Below, in pieces: positions 30,294 to 41,520 of a stretch of DNA of 64,000 nt. Positions within the stretch are counted from its first letter, which is position 1, and the number at the start of each line of letters is the position of its first letter. Below the pieces are notes generated by a model, which was not told where the DNA came from, made no database searches, and worked only from the letters and a program-made list of their open reading frames with translations. The DNA comes from Verrucomicrobiia bacterium. Lineage in GTDB: Bacteria > Verrucomicrobiota > Verrucomicrobiia > Limisphaerales > UBA1319. The stretch is taken from contig OY760937.1 in NCBI GenBank assembly GCA_963664225.1, positions 928,001 to 992,000 of the forward strand. Reading direction: 5' to 3'. A program made the translations under genes and the position numbers.

Positions 30294-30704
30294 TCAGGGC
30301 TCGTGCGGATGCGACCGGCAAGAGGCGGCATGGCGTACATCTCCGGGGAAAAGCGTATTTCCAACGGAAGCCAGGATTGTCTCTGGAGCGCAGGGTTTTT
30401 CAAAGAAATCCGCAGCACCCAACTGCCGGGCGGTTTCGCGCAGGTCGTTATCCTTCCGTCCTGTTATGAAGATAATGGGGATGTCGCCCAGGCCCAGTTC
30501 GCGCAACCGCTGGGCCAGGGAAAATCCGATCCCCACAGGCATCCAGACCTCGCAAACGATCAAATCCGGACTCTGGTCCAGGATGACTTGCAGTCCGGTG
30601 AGGCCGTCGGAAGCGATCAGGACATCGTAGCCATTTGCCATGAGGCAATCCGCCAGATCCATGGCCGTGCGCCTGTCACTTTCCAATATGAGTATTTTTT
30701 TCAC
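30294..30704 (-). CDS. Stand-alone response-regulator receiver, atypical
   Basis: KKILILESD, PDLIVCEVWMP (Glu at the usual phospho-Asp), IIFITG, FFEKP; likely GTG start at 30704. Confidence 0.8.
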   Translation of the reverse strand: MKKILILESDRRTAMDLADCLMANGYDVLIASDGLTGLQVILDQSPDLIVCEVWMPVGIGFSLAQRLRELGLGDIPIIFITGRKDNDLRETARQLGAADFFEKPCAPETILASVGNTLFPGDVRHAASCRSHPHEP

Positions 30705-31287
30705 TCTCAGGGAATAAACCGTCACCGGGATAGTATTTCTGGGAACAAACAGGGCAAATCCCATGCGTGAAATGCAGGTCGGCGCGCTCCTGCAAATAAG
30801 TTTCCAGATGAGTCCAGTAACCTTTGTCGTCCCGGATGTTTTTGCAGTGTGCGCATATCGGGACCAATTCGTGAAACTTCTTCAGTTCCGCCCATTGAGC
30901 CTTGTATAAAGTCTCCTGGCCTTCAACGCGTTCGGTGACATCCATGCCACTGCCGATGTAGCCGGCGAACTCTCCGGCCTGATTGTTGAAGGGAACGACC
31001 CTGTAAATTATCCAGCGGTAAACTCCATCATGGCGGCGTATGCGATATTCCATCTGGCACGGTTCACGCCGGGCAAAGGCGAGGTGGTAGATGGCCAGAC
31101 AGCGCTTCAAGTCATCGGCATGCATGCTTTCCGCCCAGGCATCGACGTGTTCCAGTCCGGCGGTTGGACCCACAAAATCGAGCCAGCGGCGATTGAGATA
31201 ATCGCACTTTCCCGTGGCATCCGAGCGCCAGATCATTAATGGCGACTCTTCGACCATACGGCGATACTCTTCCATTGAAGGGCGCAT
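30676..31287 (-). CDS. PAS-domain protein with C-terminal Cys4 zinc-ribbon-like tail
   Basis: PAS/PAC (YLNRRW, EYRIRRHDG.YRW, DVTER) followed by PICAHCKNIRDDKGYW...FTHGICPVC. Confidence 0.82.
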   Translation of the reverse strand: MRPSMEEYRRMVEESPLMIWRSDATGKCDYLNRRWLDFVGPTAGLEHVDAWAESMHADDLKRCLAIYHLAFARREPCQMEYRIRRHDGVYRWIIYRVVPFNNQAGEFAGYIGSGMDVTERVEGQETLYKAQWAELKKFHELVPICAHCKNIRDDKGYWTHLETYLQERADLHFTHGICPVCSQKYYPGDGLFPESEKNTHIGK

Positions 31288-31302
31288 GGCGGAATTGTTC
31301 AA

Positions 31303-33321
31303 TCAGACTCCAGCCAGCTCAGGCGGGGTGTCTGGCATAGACCTTGTGGCTACCGGTTGAGCCACGTCCGTATCCAATCCTGCAATCACTGAGGCTTTCC
31401 CGGTCGATTTTAAAGGGATCCCTTTTGGAGAGTAAGGGAGGTATTCCGGCACCAATTGATGGATCCGTTCTCTGACTTCCGCCACGGACAGGGAATACAA
31501 ATCATCCCCCAATCGTTCGAACTCCGCCTGGATAAGATCGAGCGATTCCGGTTTGTGAATGAAGCTCATGATCCGGGGATGGCGGGTCGGGCGGAAATTC
31601 TCACCCTTGCAGTGGAGTTCCTCGAAGAGTTTTTCACCCGGCCTGAGCCCCACGAATTTGATCTCGATATCCACGCCCGGTTTCAATCCGGAGAGTTGAA
31701 TCATCTGCCGGGCCAGGTCGGCGATTTTGACCGGTTTGCCCATATCGAGGACATAAATTTCACCACCCTGACCTTGGGAGCAACTTTGGAGCACCAGGCC
31801 AACGGCTTCGGGGATGGTCATGAAGTAACGAACCATTTCCGGGTCGGTGACGGTTACGGGCCCACCCTCCGCAATTTGTTTGGTGAAGGTCGGGACCACG
31901 CTGCCTGAGGATCCCAGAACATTGCCGAATCGAACGCAGATGAACTTGGTGGCTCCGGAATTCCTGGCGAACAGGGCCTGGAGATAGATTTCCGCCAGGC
32001 GTTTGGAGGCGCCCATCGCGTTGGTGGGGTTGACGGCCTTGTCGGTGGAAATCATGAGGAAGCGTTCGACTCCAAATTCAAGGGCCATTTCCGCCAGAAA
32101 TGCTGAACCCATGGAATTATTGCGAACGGCCTCGGTGGGTTGGCGCTCCATCATGGGCACATGTTTATGCGCCGCCGCATGGAAGATCACGGATGGATGG
32201 TGCGCCTCGAAAACGGAGCGCATGCGCACCGGATCGAGAATGTTGGCCACCACCGGGACGATGATCCCTTCGAAACCAAGATGGATTAATTCCTGTTCGA
32301 TCTGGAATAACTGCACTTCGCAGTGTTCCACGAGTAAAAGCCTTTGTGGTCTAAACGCGGCAATCTGCCTGCACAGTTCGCTGCCGATGCTGCCGCCGGC
32401 TCCGGTCACCATGACAACGCGGTTTTCAAAGGTGTGCCGGATGGCGTCTGTTTCCAATTCCACCGGCTCCCGCCCCAGGAGGTCCTCGATGCTTACGGGG
32501 TGCAGTTGGCTGACCGACACCGCGCCTGAGGTCAATTGGGCGATGGAGGGAACGGTCACGCAGTTCAGTCCCGCTTCCTGGCCGACGGTGGTGATTTCCG
32601 CCAACCGTTTGGCGGTGGCGGAAGGCATGGCAATGATCAAAGTGGAGACATTGTGTTTGCGGGCCACCTTTTTGAGCACTTCCGGGCGTCCAACAATTGG
32701 GATGCCGTGAAGCGATGACCGCCATTTCAATGGATCGTCGTCTAAAAAGATGACGGGTTTCATTCTGAGGCCGGGTCGAGAGCGGAGTTCCTCCACAAGG
32801 TTGGACCCGACGTCCCCGGCGCCCGCAATGGCGACGCGCTGAACATTGGCTGAAGTGCGTCCATAACCGATCCAGCGGCCTTCGTGAAACATGCGATAAC
32901 CGACGCGCATGGAATAGATGCATCCAATGGCCAGGAGCGCATCGATGATGATGACGCCGCGGGGAGGCGAATAATCCATGCCGATCACGTAACGCAGGAG
33001 GAAGAGTAGTATCGCCCCGAAGAGAGTGGCTGCAATCAGGCGCTCCACGTCCGGTAAGCTGAAATAGCGGGTGATGCTGCCGAAATGACCAAAGACAGCA
33101 AGAACGGTCAATTGCAAGCCGACCACCACAAACCAATGCAGGAGAATTTGAACCTGATATTGGCCAGGGATTGCGAAATCAAAACGAAGCTCATAGGCCA
33201 GCCACAAACAGGCGAGCAGCGCCATCGTATAGATTGCGATCAAGGCAGGCCGCCGCACGTAACGCCACCAGGGAGGTGCGCGTCGGGAAAGAAATTTGCT
33301 AAGTTTTGCCGCTCGTTCCAT
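31303..33321 (-). CDS. Membrane-bound NDP-sugar 4,6-dehydratase (CapD/PglF/WbpM family)
   Basis: N-terminal TM segments, IEDLLGR, VTGAGGSIGSE, HAAAHKHVP, STDKAVNP, RFGNVLGSSGSV, RPGEKLFEEL. Confidence 0.93.
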   Translation of the reverse strand: MERAAKLSKFLSRRAPPWWRYVRRPALIAIYTMALLACLWLAYELRFDFAIPGQYQVQILLHWFVVVGLQLTVLAVFGHFGSITRYFSLPDVERLIAATLFGAILLFLLRYVIGMDYSPPRGVIIIDALLAIGCIYSMRVGYRMFHEGRWIGYGRTSANVQRVAIAGAGDVGSNLVEELRSRPGLRMKPVIFLDDDPLKWRSSLHGIPIVGRPEVLKKVARKHNVSTLIIAMPSATAKRLAEITTVGQEAGLNCVTVPSIAQLTSGAVSVSQLHPVSIEDLLGREPVELETDAIRHTFENRVVMVTGAGGSIGSELCRQIAAFRPQRLLLVEHCEVQLFQIEQELIHLGFEGIIVPVVANILDPVRMRSVFEAHHPSVIFHAAAHKHVPMMERQPTEAVRNNSMGSAFLAEMALEFGVERFLMISTDKAVNPTNAMGASKRLAEIYLQALFARNSGATKFICVRFGNVLGSSGSVVPTFTKQIAEGGPVTVTDPEMVRYFMTIPEAVGLVLQSCSQGQGGEIYVLDMGKPVKIADLARQMIQLSGLKPGVDIEIKFVGLRPGEKLFEELHCKGENFRPTRHPRIMSFIHKPESLDLIQAEFERLGDDLYSLSVAEVRERIHQLVPEYLPYSPKGIPLKSTGKASVIAGLDTDVAQPVATRSMPDTPPELAGV

Positions 33322-33827
33322 TTTGATGTGCCCAAGACCGACTCGCCCCACATAAGAGGCTATAATGTCAAAAGAGGCCAGAAATGATCAGGAATCGCAC
33401 GAAATAATGCAGTAAACGAGGGCATGGGTGAAAGTTGGAAGGGAGGGCTTTCAGGTGAGATGCAGGCTTTGAGGCAGACAGACGTTCATAAGTTACTGTG
33501 GTTGTGTGAATTAAGCTGTTAAATCCCGCCCTGCTTTAACGGATTGCGCAAAATGGGTCACTTGAGATGCGAGCGTGGCGGACAGATGGGTTAAGCCCAG
33601 GAACTTCAATTGGTGTACTTTTTCACTCGCCTCCAAGTCGGTAAACCGGTAAACGGTACGGTTCGAGTTAATAACCACCGGTGGTTAACACCGGGTCCGA
33701 TGACTGTTTAGGCGTTTACAGATGAAAATGTGGCGTTTATTACTAGTTCGTTGATGGGTGGATATGGAGTCATTGAGAATAACGGCATAAGGCTGATCAT
33801 GGCTCGGCCGAATTTGACACGCCACGT

Positions 33828-34541
33828 ATGATACAATTAAATATTTTTCGCTCTTCGTCTTGCGAAGGTTCCAAACCTGAGGATCCAGGTTTACAATCGA
33901 GAGTGGCGCGCAACCTGGTATTTGCGGTTCTGGTCGGGCTCATAGGTTTGTCATCGGTTTGGCCGGTATTTGCGCAACCTGCTGTCGGCCAAACGAATAG
34001 TGCCACGGGGTCCGACACAGCGGTGGCGGCTCCTTTACTGAAGCTTAATGTGCTCAGGCCGAACGATGTGGTTTGGGTAAAGGTGTATCAGGAGGATGAT
34101 TTGGAGACCAAGGCGGCGGTTGACAAGGATGGATTTATCACGATGCCGCTCCTGGGTCCGGTGCAGGTGGGGCAGAAGACAGCAGAAGAGGCCACCGGGT
34201 TGATACGGTCGCTCTATGCCAAGGACTATCTGGTCAATCCACGGGTGAGCGTCACTTTGATTGAGAGGGCCAGATTGCGGTTCACGGTGATGGGCCAGGT
34301 GCAACGGCCGGGCACCTACGAGTTTCCAGATAATGAATCGCTGAATCTGCTTCAAGCCATTGCCATGGCGGGGGGTTACACGCGGCTCGGTGCTCCGAGC
34401 AAGGTCGGGTTGCAGCGAATGCAGGATGGCAAGCCGGTGGTCATACCGTTGAATGCCGAGCTGATGAGCAAAGATAAACAGGCCAAACCTTTCGAGCTGA
34501 TGCCCGACGATATCATCACTGTTGGCGAACGAATTTTCTAA
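33828..34541 (+). CDS. wza: Polysaccharide export protein (Wza/OPX, SLBB domain)
   Basis: DGFITMPLLG, V.GQVQRPG.Y, AIAMAGG, L.PDDII.V.ER.F motifs. Confidence 0.85.
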   Translation: MIQLNIFRSSSCEGSKPEDPGLQSRVARNLVFAVLVGLIGLSSVWPVFAQPAVGQTNSATGSDTAVAAPLLKLNVLRPNDVVWVKVYQEDDLETKAAVDKDGFITMPLLGPVQVGQKTAEEATGLIRSLYAKDYLVNPRVSVTLIERARLRFTVMGQVQRPGTYEFPDNESLNLLQAIAMAGGYTRLGAPSKVGLQRMQDGKPVVIPLNAELMSKDKQAKPFELMPDDIITVGERIF

Positions 34542-34549
34542 GATAGCCC

Positions 34550-36793
34550 ATGCAAGATCCCGAATACCCCAATACGCAGAACGGGCCCGAATATTATGGA
34601 GCACCCGAGCCCGGTGGCGAACTCAAGGACTTGATCAGCAAGTTGTTGGACCGCGCATGGCTGATTTCGTTGTGTGTGATTGTCGCCCTCCTTGCGGCGG
34701 CCATTTATTACAAGCGCGCCCCTCGCATTTACCAGGCGACCACGACGGCCCAAGTGGAGCAGGAGGAACAGCGCGTGGTCAAGGTTGAGCAGATTGTGAA
34801 GGAGGATCTGAGAACGGTCGAAGTCCTTAACACCATTGTTCAAAAACTGCGCAGCCAGCCGTTGCTGGAGCTTGTGCTGCAGACCAACGGGATTACGAAT
34901 GCGGCCTCTCTATTTGGCACGAAGCCGCAGACGAACGATGCGGCCATGAGCAGCGAGCAGTTGGTGGGCGCTTTTTCGGGAATGGTCAAGACGAGTTTGC
35001 GGCGCAATACGCGGCTCATCGATGTGACGGTGTCGCACCCCAATCCGGAGTTGGCGGCCAAACTGGCCAATTCGGTTGTCGAGCAGTATCTGACGCAGGA
35101 CTTTCAGGTGCGATCGATTTCGACGAAGGGAGCCTTCACGTTTTTGAACGATGAATCGCAACGTTTGAAGAAGAAGCTGGAAGCTTCCGAGCAAGCCCTC
35201 CAGGCCTACAGGGAAGAAGTCGGCTCGGTTTCGATGCTGCAGGGGGGGGACTTTGTAATGCCCCAACTGACGGAATTGAGTTTGCGTGTGACACAGGCCA
35301 AGAGCGAAACTATTCGCCTGAAGTCTTCTTATGACCAGGTGAATGCCGCGCGCACCAATCTCACGGAGATGCTTACCGCGCCGCAAATTGTGGCTGATCC
35401 GGCGGTTGCGGATGCCCGGGCGCTCCTCGCAAAGCTGGAGAATGATTTTGCGCTGATCCAGCAGCGGTATAAGGCGATGCATCCCAAATACATTCAGGCG
35501 ACGACATCGCTGGAGGAAGCGCGCCGGGGCCTGAACGCCGCAGTCTATAAGGCGGCGGATTCGCTGCGGGTGGCTTACGAGAATGCGGTGACCACGCAGA
35601 AAGGAATGGAAGACAGCTTCCGCGAGGCCCAGGAAAAAGCGCTGAAAGTGAGCCAGCAGGCGATCCATTACAACGTGCTCGCCCGGGAAGTGGAGTCGGA
35701 TCGGGCTTTATTTGACTCAGTGGTCAACCGGTTGAAGGAAACATCCCTGACAACCGATTTGCAGCCTGAAAAGATCCGGGTGGTGGAGCCGGCGACGGTT
35801 CCGAGCGGGCCTGCTTCGCCGAAGTTTAAGATCATTTTTGGCGCGGCGCTGATCGGTGGTTTGATGATGGGCTGCGCGCTTGCCTTGGGCTTGGGCATGC
35901 TGGATTCGTCGATCAAAGGGGTGGACGACGCGGAGCAGTATCTGCAACTGCCGGTATTGGCCTCCATTCCGCGACTCAAGGAAGTCAAAAAGACACACAA
36001 AAATCTGGTGGCGGCCGACGGCAACGCATCACAAGGCGCGGAGGCATTTCGAACCTTGCGAACGGCTTTGGCGATGTTGGGCAAGGAGGAAGTGCGCCGG
36101 ACGTTTGTTTTTACCAGCACATTGCCGCAGGAGGGCAAGTCGTTCACATCGCTTAATTTTGCGGCGAGTCTGGCGCAACAGGGATTGCGCACTTTACTCA
36201 TCGATGCGGATCTGAGGCGGCCGAGCATCGGGGAGTATTTGGAGCCGGATGCGGAGGAGAACGAGGAGCTGCCGGGGTTGACGGATTGCCTGGTGGGTCG
36301 CAAGCAGTTGTTGGAGGTGGTCAGATCGATTGAAAAAGTGGAGCATTTTTTCTGGCTGCCAGCGGGACATTTTGCGCCTAATCCGGCGGAATTGCTTGCG
36401 AATGAGCAGTTTGGAAAATTGATTCAGGAAGCGCTGAAGACCTATGATCGCGTAGTGGTTGATTCGGCGCCGATTCATGCGGTCAGTGACACACTGTTGA
36501 TTGCGGATAAGATCCAGACGACGGTGCTGGTGTTGCATGGTGGCAAAACGCCGCGCAAGCTTGTGGCCCGGTGCGTGCAGTTGCTGCAAGGCGCGGGAGC
36601 CCAGATGGGTGGGATTGTGATGAATCTCCTGTCGAACCGGCGCGGACATGGATATTACGATTCCTACTATTATTACGGGCATTACGGGTATTATGGGAAA
36701 GACGGGAAACGTAAAAAGAAGTCGTCCCGTTCGGGTTCGAAGCAACCGGGCGTTAAATCCGAAATCACGGAGATTGATAAAGTAGTGAAATGA
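34550..36793 (+). CDS. wzc: Polysaccharide co-polymerase / tyrosine autokinase
   Basis: Two TM segments, coiled coil, EAFRTLRT, Walker A STLPQEGKS, IDADLRRP, VVVDSAP, C-terminal Tyr cluster YYDSYYYYGHYGYY. Confidence 0.92.
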   Translation: MQDPEYPNTQNGPEYYGAPEPGGELKDLISKLLDRAWLISLCVIVALLAAAIYYKRAPRIYQATTTAQVEQEEQRVVKVEQIVKEDLRTVEVLNTIVQKLRSQPLLELVLQTNGITNAASLFGTKPQTNDAAMSSEQLVGAFSGMVKTSLRRNTRLIDVTVSHPNPELAAKLANSVVEQYLTQDFQVRSISTKGAFTFLNDESQRLKKKLEASEQALQAYREEVGSVSMLQGGDFVMPQLTELSLRVTQAKSETIRLKSSYDQVNAARTNLTEMLTAPQIVADPAVADARALLAKLENDFALIQQRYKAMHPKYIQATTSLEEARRGLNAAVYKAADSLRVAYENAVTTQKGMEDSFREAQEKALKVSQQAIHYNVLAREVESDRALFDSVVNRLKETSLTTDLQPEKIRVVEPATVPSGPASPKFKIIFGAALIGGLMMGCALALGLGMLDSSIKGVDDAEQYLQLPVLASIPRLKEVKKTHKNLVAADGNASQGAEAFRTLRTALAMLGKEEVRRTFVFTSTLPQEGKSFTSLNFAASLAQQGLRTLLIDADLRRPSIGEYLEPDAEENEELPGLTDCLVGRKQLLEVVRSIEKVEHFFWLPAGHFAPNPAELLANEQFGKLIQEALKTYDRVVVDSAPIHAVSDTLLIADKIQTTVLVLHGGKTPRKLVARCVQLLQGAGAQMGGIVMNLLSNRRGHGYYDSYYYYGHYGYYGKDGKRKKKSSRSGSKQPGVKSEITEIDKVVK

Positions 36794-37084
36794 TAGATTG
36801 GTGGCGCGGGCGAATCGTGACTGCGTCACCTTGTTTCACTGTTCCATTTCACAAGACACCAAAATATTCATTTATTTTGGACGCCAGGTTTCAAGGCGAA
36901 TAGAGACCCAATTGAGCCAGGCCATTCACGTTTAGCAGGCGAATTGGGTTGGAGCATGAAAGGCGGTTTGCAAAACAGGGGTAGGCAAGGTTCGCCGCCC
37001 TTGAATATTTTCGGAATTTCTGCTGCGAGTTAATCGTTATTATTAACAAATAATATAAAGACCCTCCAGACAACGTTTTCTGCC

Positions 37085-38554
37085 ATGCCCCTGCTGAGGA
37101 TCGCTGACCAACTCCTTGGTGCTGCGTTATTGTTTGCTGTGGTGTTTGGTCCATGGGCATTTGGAACCACGGAACCATGGGCTGTTCAGATCATGAATGG
37201 CCTTGGTCTTGCTGTTTGGATTGTGTTGGGAGTCAGGTGGTTGCTGATGAGGGCGCGTTTTTTTGGAATGGTCAGCGACGATCCAGGCAGCAGCCACGGG
37301 CATGGTTCCAAAGAGAGGCTTTTTACCAGGATATTTGGGGTGCTGACGGCCTTGTTCCTTCTGTACTGCATGATGAGTGCCTGGAATGCGCGCGCCACAG
37401 TACACGCCCAATCGTTCAGTTTCGACTACCATGAAATAATAGGATGGCTGCCACATAGTTATGACAGCGAGAGCAGTTGGCAGTCGTTTTGGATGTATTT
37501 GGGAATTGCGGGGCTGTTTTGGGCGTGTCGGAGTTGGATTCTGGCCGGGGCCGCAGCGGAGCGGCGCAGGATGCGAGAGGGCGGTGAGGATTCTCACGAA
37601 CGAAACAGCTCGTTGCTGCCTGAACGTTTGCGTCTGTTACTTTGGGTGGTGAGCATTAACGGCGCAATTCTCGCTTTGGAGGGGATCATTCAACGGATCT
37701 CAGGGAGCAATGAATTGCTCTGGCTGGTGCAGCCGACGATTAACAAGGCTGGGATCGCGCAATTCGGGCCATATGCCTATCGGTCCAATGCGTCGCAGTA
37801 TTTCAACATGGTTTGGCCGGTGACATTGGGATTGTGGTGGACTTATCAGCAAGCTGGTCGCAGCCATGGTCTGGCGCAAATCCAAATGGCAGGCAGGCGA
37901 CATCACTTTCTGATTTCCTTCGCTTTGCTCATGGCTATTTGCCCGATCCTATCGACGAGCCGGGGAGGGGCATTGATCATGGCAGCCAGCGCGGTGCTTG
38001 TTGGGTTTGTGTATTTACTGGCTCAATGGCGCAGCACCTGGAAGGCAAAGCTTGGGGTTTTCGCCCTGCTGGGGGTCATGGTTGGCGGAGGGGTTCTGCT
38101 GGGATGGCAGGAGTTGGGACCCCGGATGGAAATGGAGGCCTTACAGGAGGGGTTGGACGGAAGGGAGGCGCTTTTTACGACGGGCTGGAGGATGGCAGCA
38201 GCTCAACCTTTATTCGGAACCGGGCCGGGCACATTTAGCAGTTTGTTTCCGCTTTTTCGAAGGGCCTCGATTGATGCCTGGCCAGCGCAGCTTCACAATG
38301 ACTGGCTGGAAACGTTTATTACATTCGGCTGGGTGGGCACGTCGATCCTGGTTCTGGGGCTGGCGGCGCTCGTTCTGCGCTGGTTCTTCCGCGGCAGGAT
38401 TTACGGCGAAAGGCATTTTGTCATGCTCATTTGGATCGCGCTGGGAGGATGCCTGATCCACGCCTGCTACGATTTTCCGCTGCAGGTTCATTCCTTGCTG
38501 ACGCTCTTTGTCCTCCATTGCTCGGTGTTGTCCTGTGTTGCCCGCAGGGTGTGA
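37085..38554 (+). CDS. O-antigen ligase / Wzy-like polymerase family protein
   Basis: Multi-TM; STSRGG, PLFGTGPG.F, HNDWLE, DFPLQ motifs. Confidence 0.85.
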   Translation: MPLLRIADQLLGAALLFAVVFGPWAFGTTEPWAVQIMNGLGLAVWIVLGVRWLLMRARFFGMVSDDPGSSHGHGSKERLFTRIFGVLTALFLLYCMMSAWNARATVHAQSFSFDYHEIIGWLPHSYDSESSWQSFWMYLGIAGLFWACRSWILAGAAAERRRMREGGEDSHERNSSLLPERLRLLLWVVSINGAILALEGIIQRISGSNELLWLVQPTINKAGIAQFGPYAYRSNASQYFNMVWPVTLGLWWTYQQAGRSHGLAQIQMAGRRHHFLISFALLMAICPILSTSRGGALIMAASAVLVGFVYLLAQWRSTWKAKLGVFALLGVMVGGGVLLGWQELGPRMEMEALQEGLDGREALFTTGWRMAAAQPLFGTGPGTFSSLFPLFRRASIDAWPAQLHNDWLETFITFGWVGTSILVLGLAALVLRWFFRGRIYGERHFVMLIWIALGGCLIHACYDFPLQVHSLLTLFVLHCSVLSCVARRV

Positions 38555-40253
38555 AGGCGAGGCGAAGGATTCCGGGCAAGGCGTTTGCTTCTGATTGGCG
38601 AGAGTGGCTTGTGACCCATGGCATTGATGGTCCGTCTTCCGCCATCAGGAAAGTTCCGATGCGGGACCCCTACTTCGACTTGATGATGCGCCTGGGACGG
38701 GACTTATTTGTTGGCGCAGCCACGGGGATATAGAGTTCGAATGCAGATCCGGCGCCCCATTGGCTGGACACCTCAATCCAACCTTTATGCTGCCTGACGA
38801 TGTCGCAGACCGTTGGCAATCCAAGACCGACCCCTTTGCCGGGATCCTTGGTGGTGAAGAATGGCTCGAAGATGCGCGGCAAGTGCGCTGGCGCGATACC
38901 CGTTCCGGTATCGATGAAACTCAGGCGCACGAATTCGCCGGCCCGGGCTTCGGGATGGGCCTGCGCGTCGGATTTATCAAAACGGACTTTTTCTGTTTTA
39001 ATGTGCAATTTTCCTCCGGATTGCATGGCGTCGCGTGCGTTGATAACAAGGTTGAGGAGGACCTGTTCAAGCAAGCCGACGTCCGCGAGGACGCGGGGCA
39101 GTGCCGGTGCTGGCTCAAATTGCAGATCGATTTTTTCCCCGAGTATGCGTTGCATTGTCTTTCCCAAGCGCTCAATTTGCGGGTTTAAATCCAGCACTGT
39201 GGCGTGGAAGTTCCTCTTGCGGCCAAAGTCGAGCAATTGGCGCACCATTTTAGAGGCGTTTTCAGTGGCGAGGACCATCTCGGCAACGCACTCGACGGCT
39301 TCGGGGCCAAGTTTATCGCGCTCCAATTGGAGAAGGCTGGCATTCGCACGAATGACGGCAATGAGATTGTTGAAATCGTGGGCCAGTCCAGCGGCAAGCT
39401 GACCGATCGCTTCCATTTTCTGCGATCGGCGCAATTGCTCCTCCAGGCGTTTACGTTCCGTAATATCCCGCACGATGGTTGAAATGCCAATGACCCTGCC
39501 ATCGGAATTTTTTACGGGGGACGCGGTCAGCCAGACATCTATATGCCTCCCATCCTTTGTGACGCGGACCGTCTCAAAAGGTTCCATCGATTCCCCGCGG
39601 GCCACGGCGTTGTGTATGCGCTGAAGTTCCTGGCGGCGGTCGGTTGGAATGACCCGGGCGATTGACTGACCCACAATTTCGGCCGCGGAGTATCCATAGA
39701 TGCGTTCTGCGGCGGTGTTGAAGCTCACCACGATATCATCGAGCGTTTTGCCAATGATCCCGTCATTGGCGGAATCGACAATTGCCGCGAGGCGATCGCG
39801 CTGTTCTTCAAATTGTTTTTGCCGGGTGATGTCACGAACATTGCAGATGATTCCAACGGTCCTGCCCGTGGAGTTGCGCAGCGGCGCGTTCCATTGCGAC
39901 ACCCAGCCGGCGCGCCCCTTCTCAGGAATTCGATATTCAAATGCCAGGCTGGTCGTTTCATTGGTTTTGAGCGTATTAAGCAGTTGTTTTCGGATGGCCA
40001 GATTCCGAAACAATGGGAAGACCTCCACCAAATTGCGTGATAAAACCTCGGAGGCGGCATAGCCTGTGATTTTTTCCATTTCAGGATTCCAAAACCTGAA
40101 ATTGAGCTTTCGATCATAAACGATGATCCCTTCCTGGATGCTGGAAACGATCTGGGCGTTCAGCTGACTGGATTCGCGCAAGGCCTCCTGTGCCTGGGGG
40201 TGAGTTGTTCTCTGTGTTGTAAAATGGTTTTTCATAAAAGTTATTCACCAAAA

Positions 40254-41504
40254 TTACCTGGCGGTTTTGGTCTGCAGACTCAGCACCCACGAACCATGCA
40301 GCTGCTGGTTTTTGGCATGTATTTCCGGATCGTAGGGCGCGTGGGTTTGGAGCATTTTCCAGATGATTTTGAGCCACCGCTGGCCCAGACACCGCAAAGC
40401 GCAAGCGTGGCTTTTGCCCTCTTCCCGTTTTTTCTGGTAGTAAACCTGTGCCCAAAGACATTTCTTGCGACTGCAATCGCTCCACAGATGCACGGCATGG
40501 CGGAGGAACTTGTCGCAGTGGTGGCGGATGCGGACCTTGTCGATTTGTCCCGATTGATAACTCACAGGAGCCGTGCCCGCAATGCCCTGCAGATGCTGTG
40601 CGCTTTCAAACCGGCCCGACCCGCCGCCGATTTCTCCCAGCAGCCGTGGAGCCAAAAACGAGCCCGCTCCGGGCAGCGAACCGAACAAGTCATGGTCGGG
40701 GTGCTGTGCAAACAAGGCCTGGATTTGCGCGTGATAAACATCCAGTTGCTGCTGCAACGTGCGTAACATTTTGGCCAGGCTCACCGCCAGGGTGCCCTTG
40801 GCCGCCGTCAGGGCCGCCGAGCCGCAAAACTGATCGGCCCGTGCAAAAATGCCCATCCGTTTTTCAGCGGTTTCCGGCCGCCAGAGCTTATGAACGTGCA
40901 GGAACTTTTCCCACCGTCGCTTGCCGGCTTTGACCAGCGCACGAGGCGTTGGAAACTCAATGATGAAATCCCACGCCGAGGCCATGGTCCAATCCTCAAA
41001 GGCCTCCAGGGCCGCCGGATAGTATTCCAAGAGAGCTTGTTGCAATTGATTTACGAACAGCGTGCGCTGACCGATGAGATGAACCTCATCCCGGCAGAGC
41101 ATCTGCAACTGGCTGGTCAGCGCGTCCGTTGGGACCAGCGCTTTCCAACCGTGCCCGTCGATCCGCAAGGCATCGGCCAGAGACCAGGCATCCAGAAAAT
41201 CGGTCTTGCTGCCGCTGGGCACCTTGCGATCCCGATACCGCTGGGCGCTCTTGGGATTGACCGGATAGACCGTTGCCTCCCCCCTCAGGAGCTGGTCCAC
41301 AGCCGTGCCGAAGCTCGTCTCAATGGCCACCGCCAAAGGGGCGAAGGGCGCCGTCTTTTTCCGCCATTGCTCCCAGCCCTCCTGGGAATGCTCGAAGCGG
41401 AACTGTTCCACGATCTTGCCCTCTCGATCGACGATGACCACATCGTGATGATCCCGGGCCCAATCCAATCCGGCAAAACAGGATATCTCCAACCATGATT
41501 TCAT
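40254..41504 (-). CDS. IS110 family DEDD transposase/recombinase (416 aa)
   Basis: RBS GGAGGA; GLDWA, AIET, KTDFLDA (DEDD RuvC-like), SLPGAG, APVSYQSG (catalytic Ser domain). Confidence 0.95.
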   Translation of the reverse strand: MKSWLEISCFAGLDWARDHHDVVIVDREGKIVEQFRFEHSQEGWEQWRKKTAPFAPLAVAIETSFGTAVDQLLRGEATVYPVNPKSAQRYRDRKVPSGSKTDFLDAWSLADALRIDGHGWKALVPTDALTSQLQMLCRDEVHLIGQRTLFVNQLQQALLEYYPAALEAFEDWTMASAWDFIIEFPTPRALVKAGKRRWEKFLHVHKLWRPETAEKRMGIFARADQFCGSAALTAAKGTLAVSLAKMLRTLQQQLDVYHAQIQALFAQHPDHDLFGSLPGAGSFLAPRLLGEIGGGSGRFESAQHLQGIAGTAPVSYQSGQIDKVRIRHHCDKFLRHAVHLWSDCSRKKCLWAQVYYQKKREEGKSHACALRCLGQRWLKIIWKMLQTHAPYDPEIHAKNQQLHGSWVLSLQTKTAR

Positions 41505-41520
41505 AGATCCTCCGTTACGG

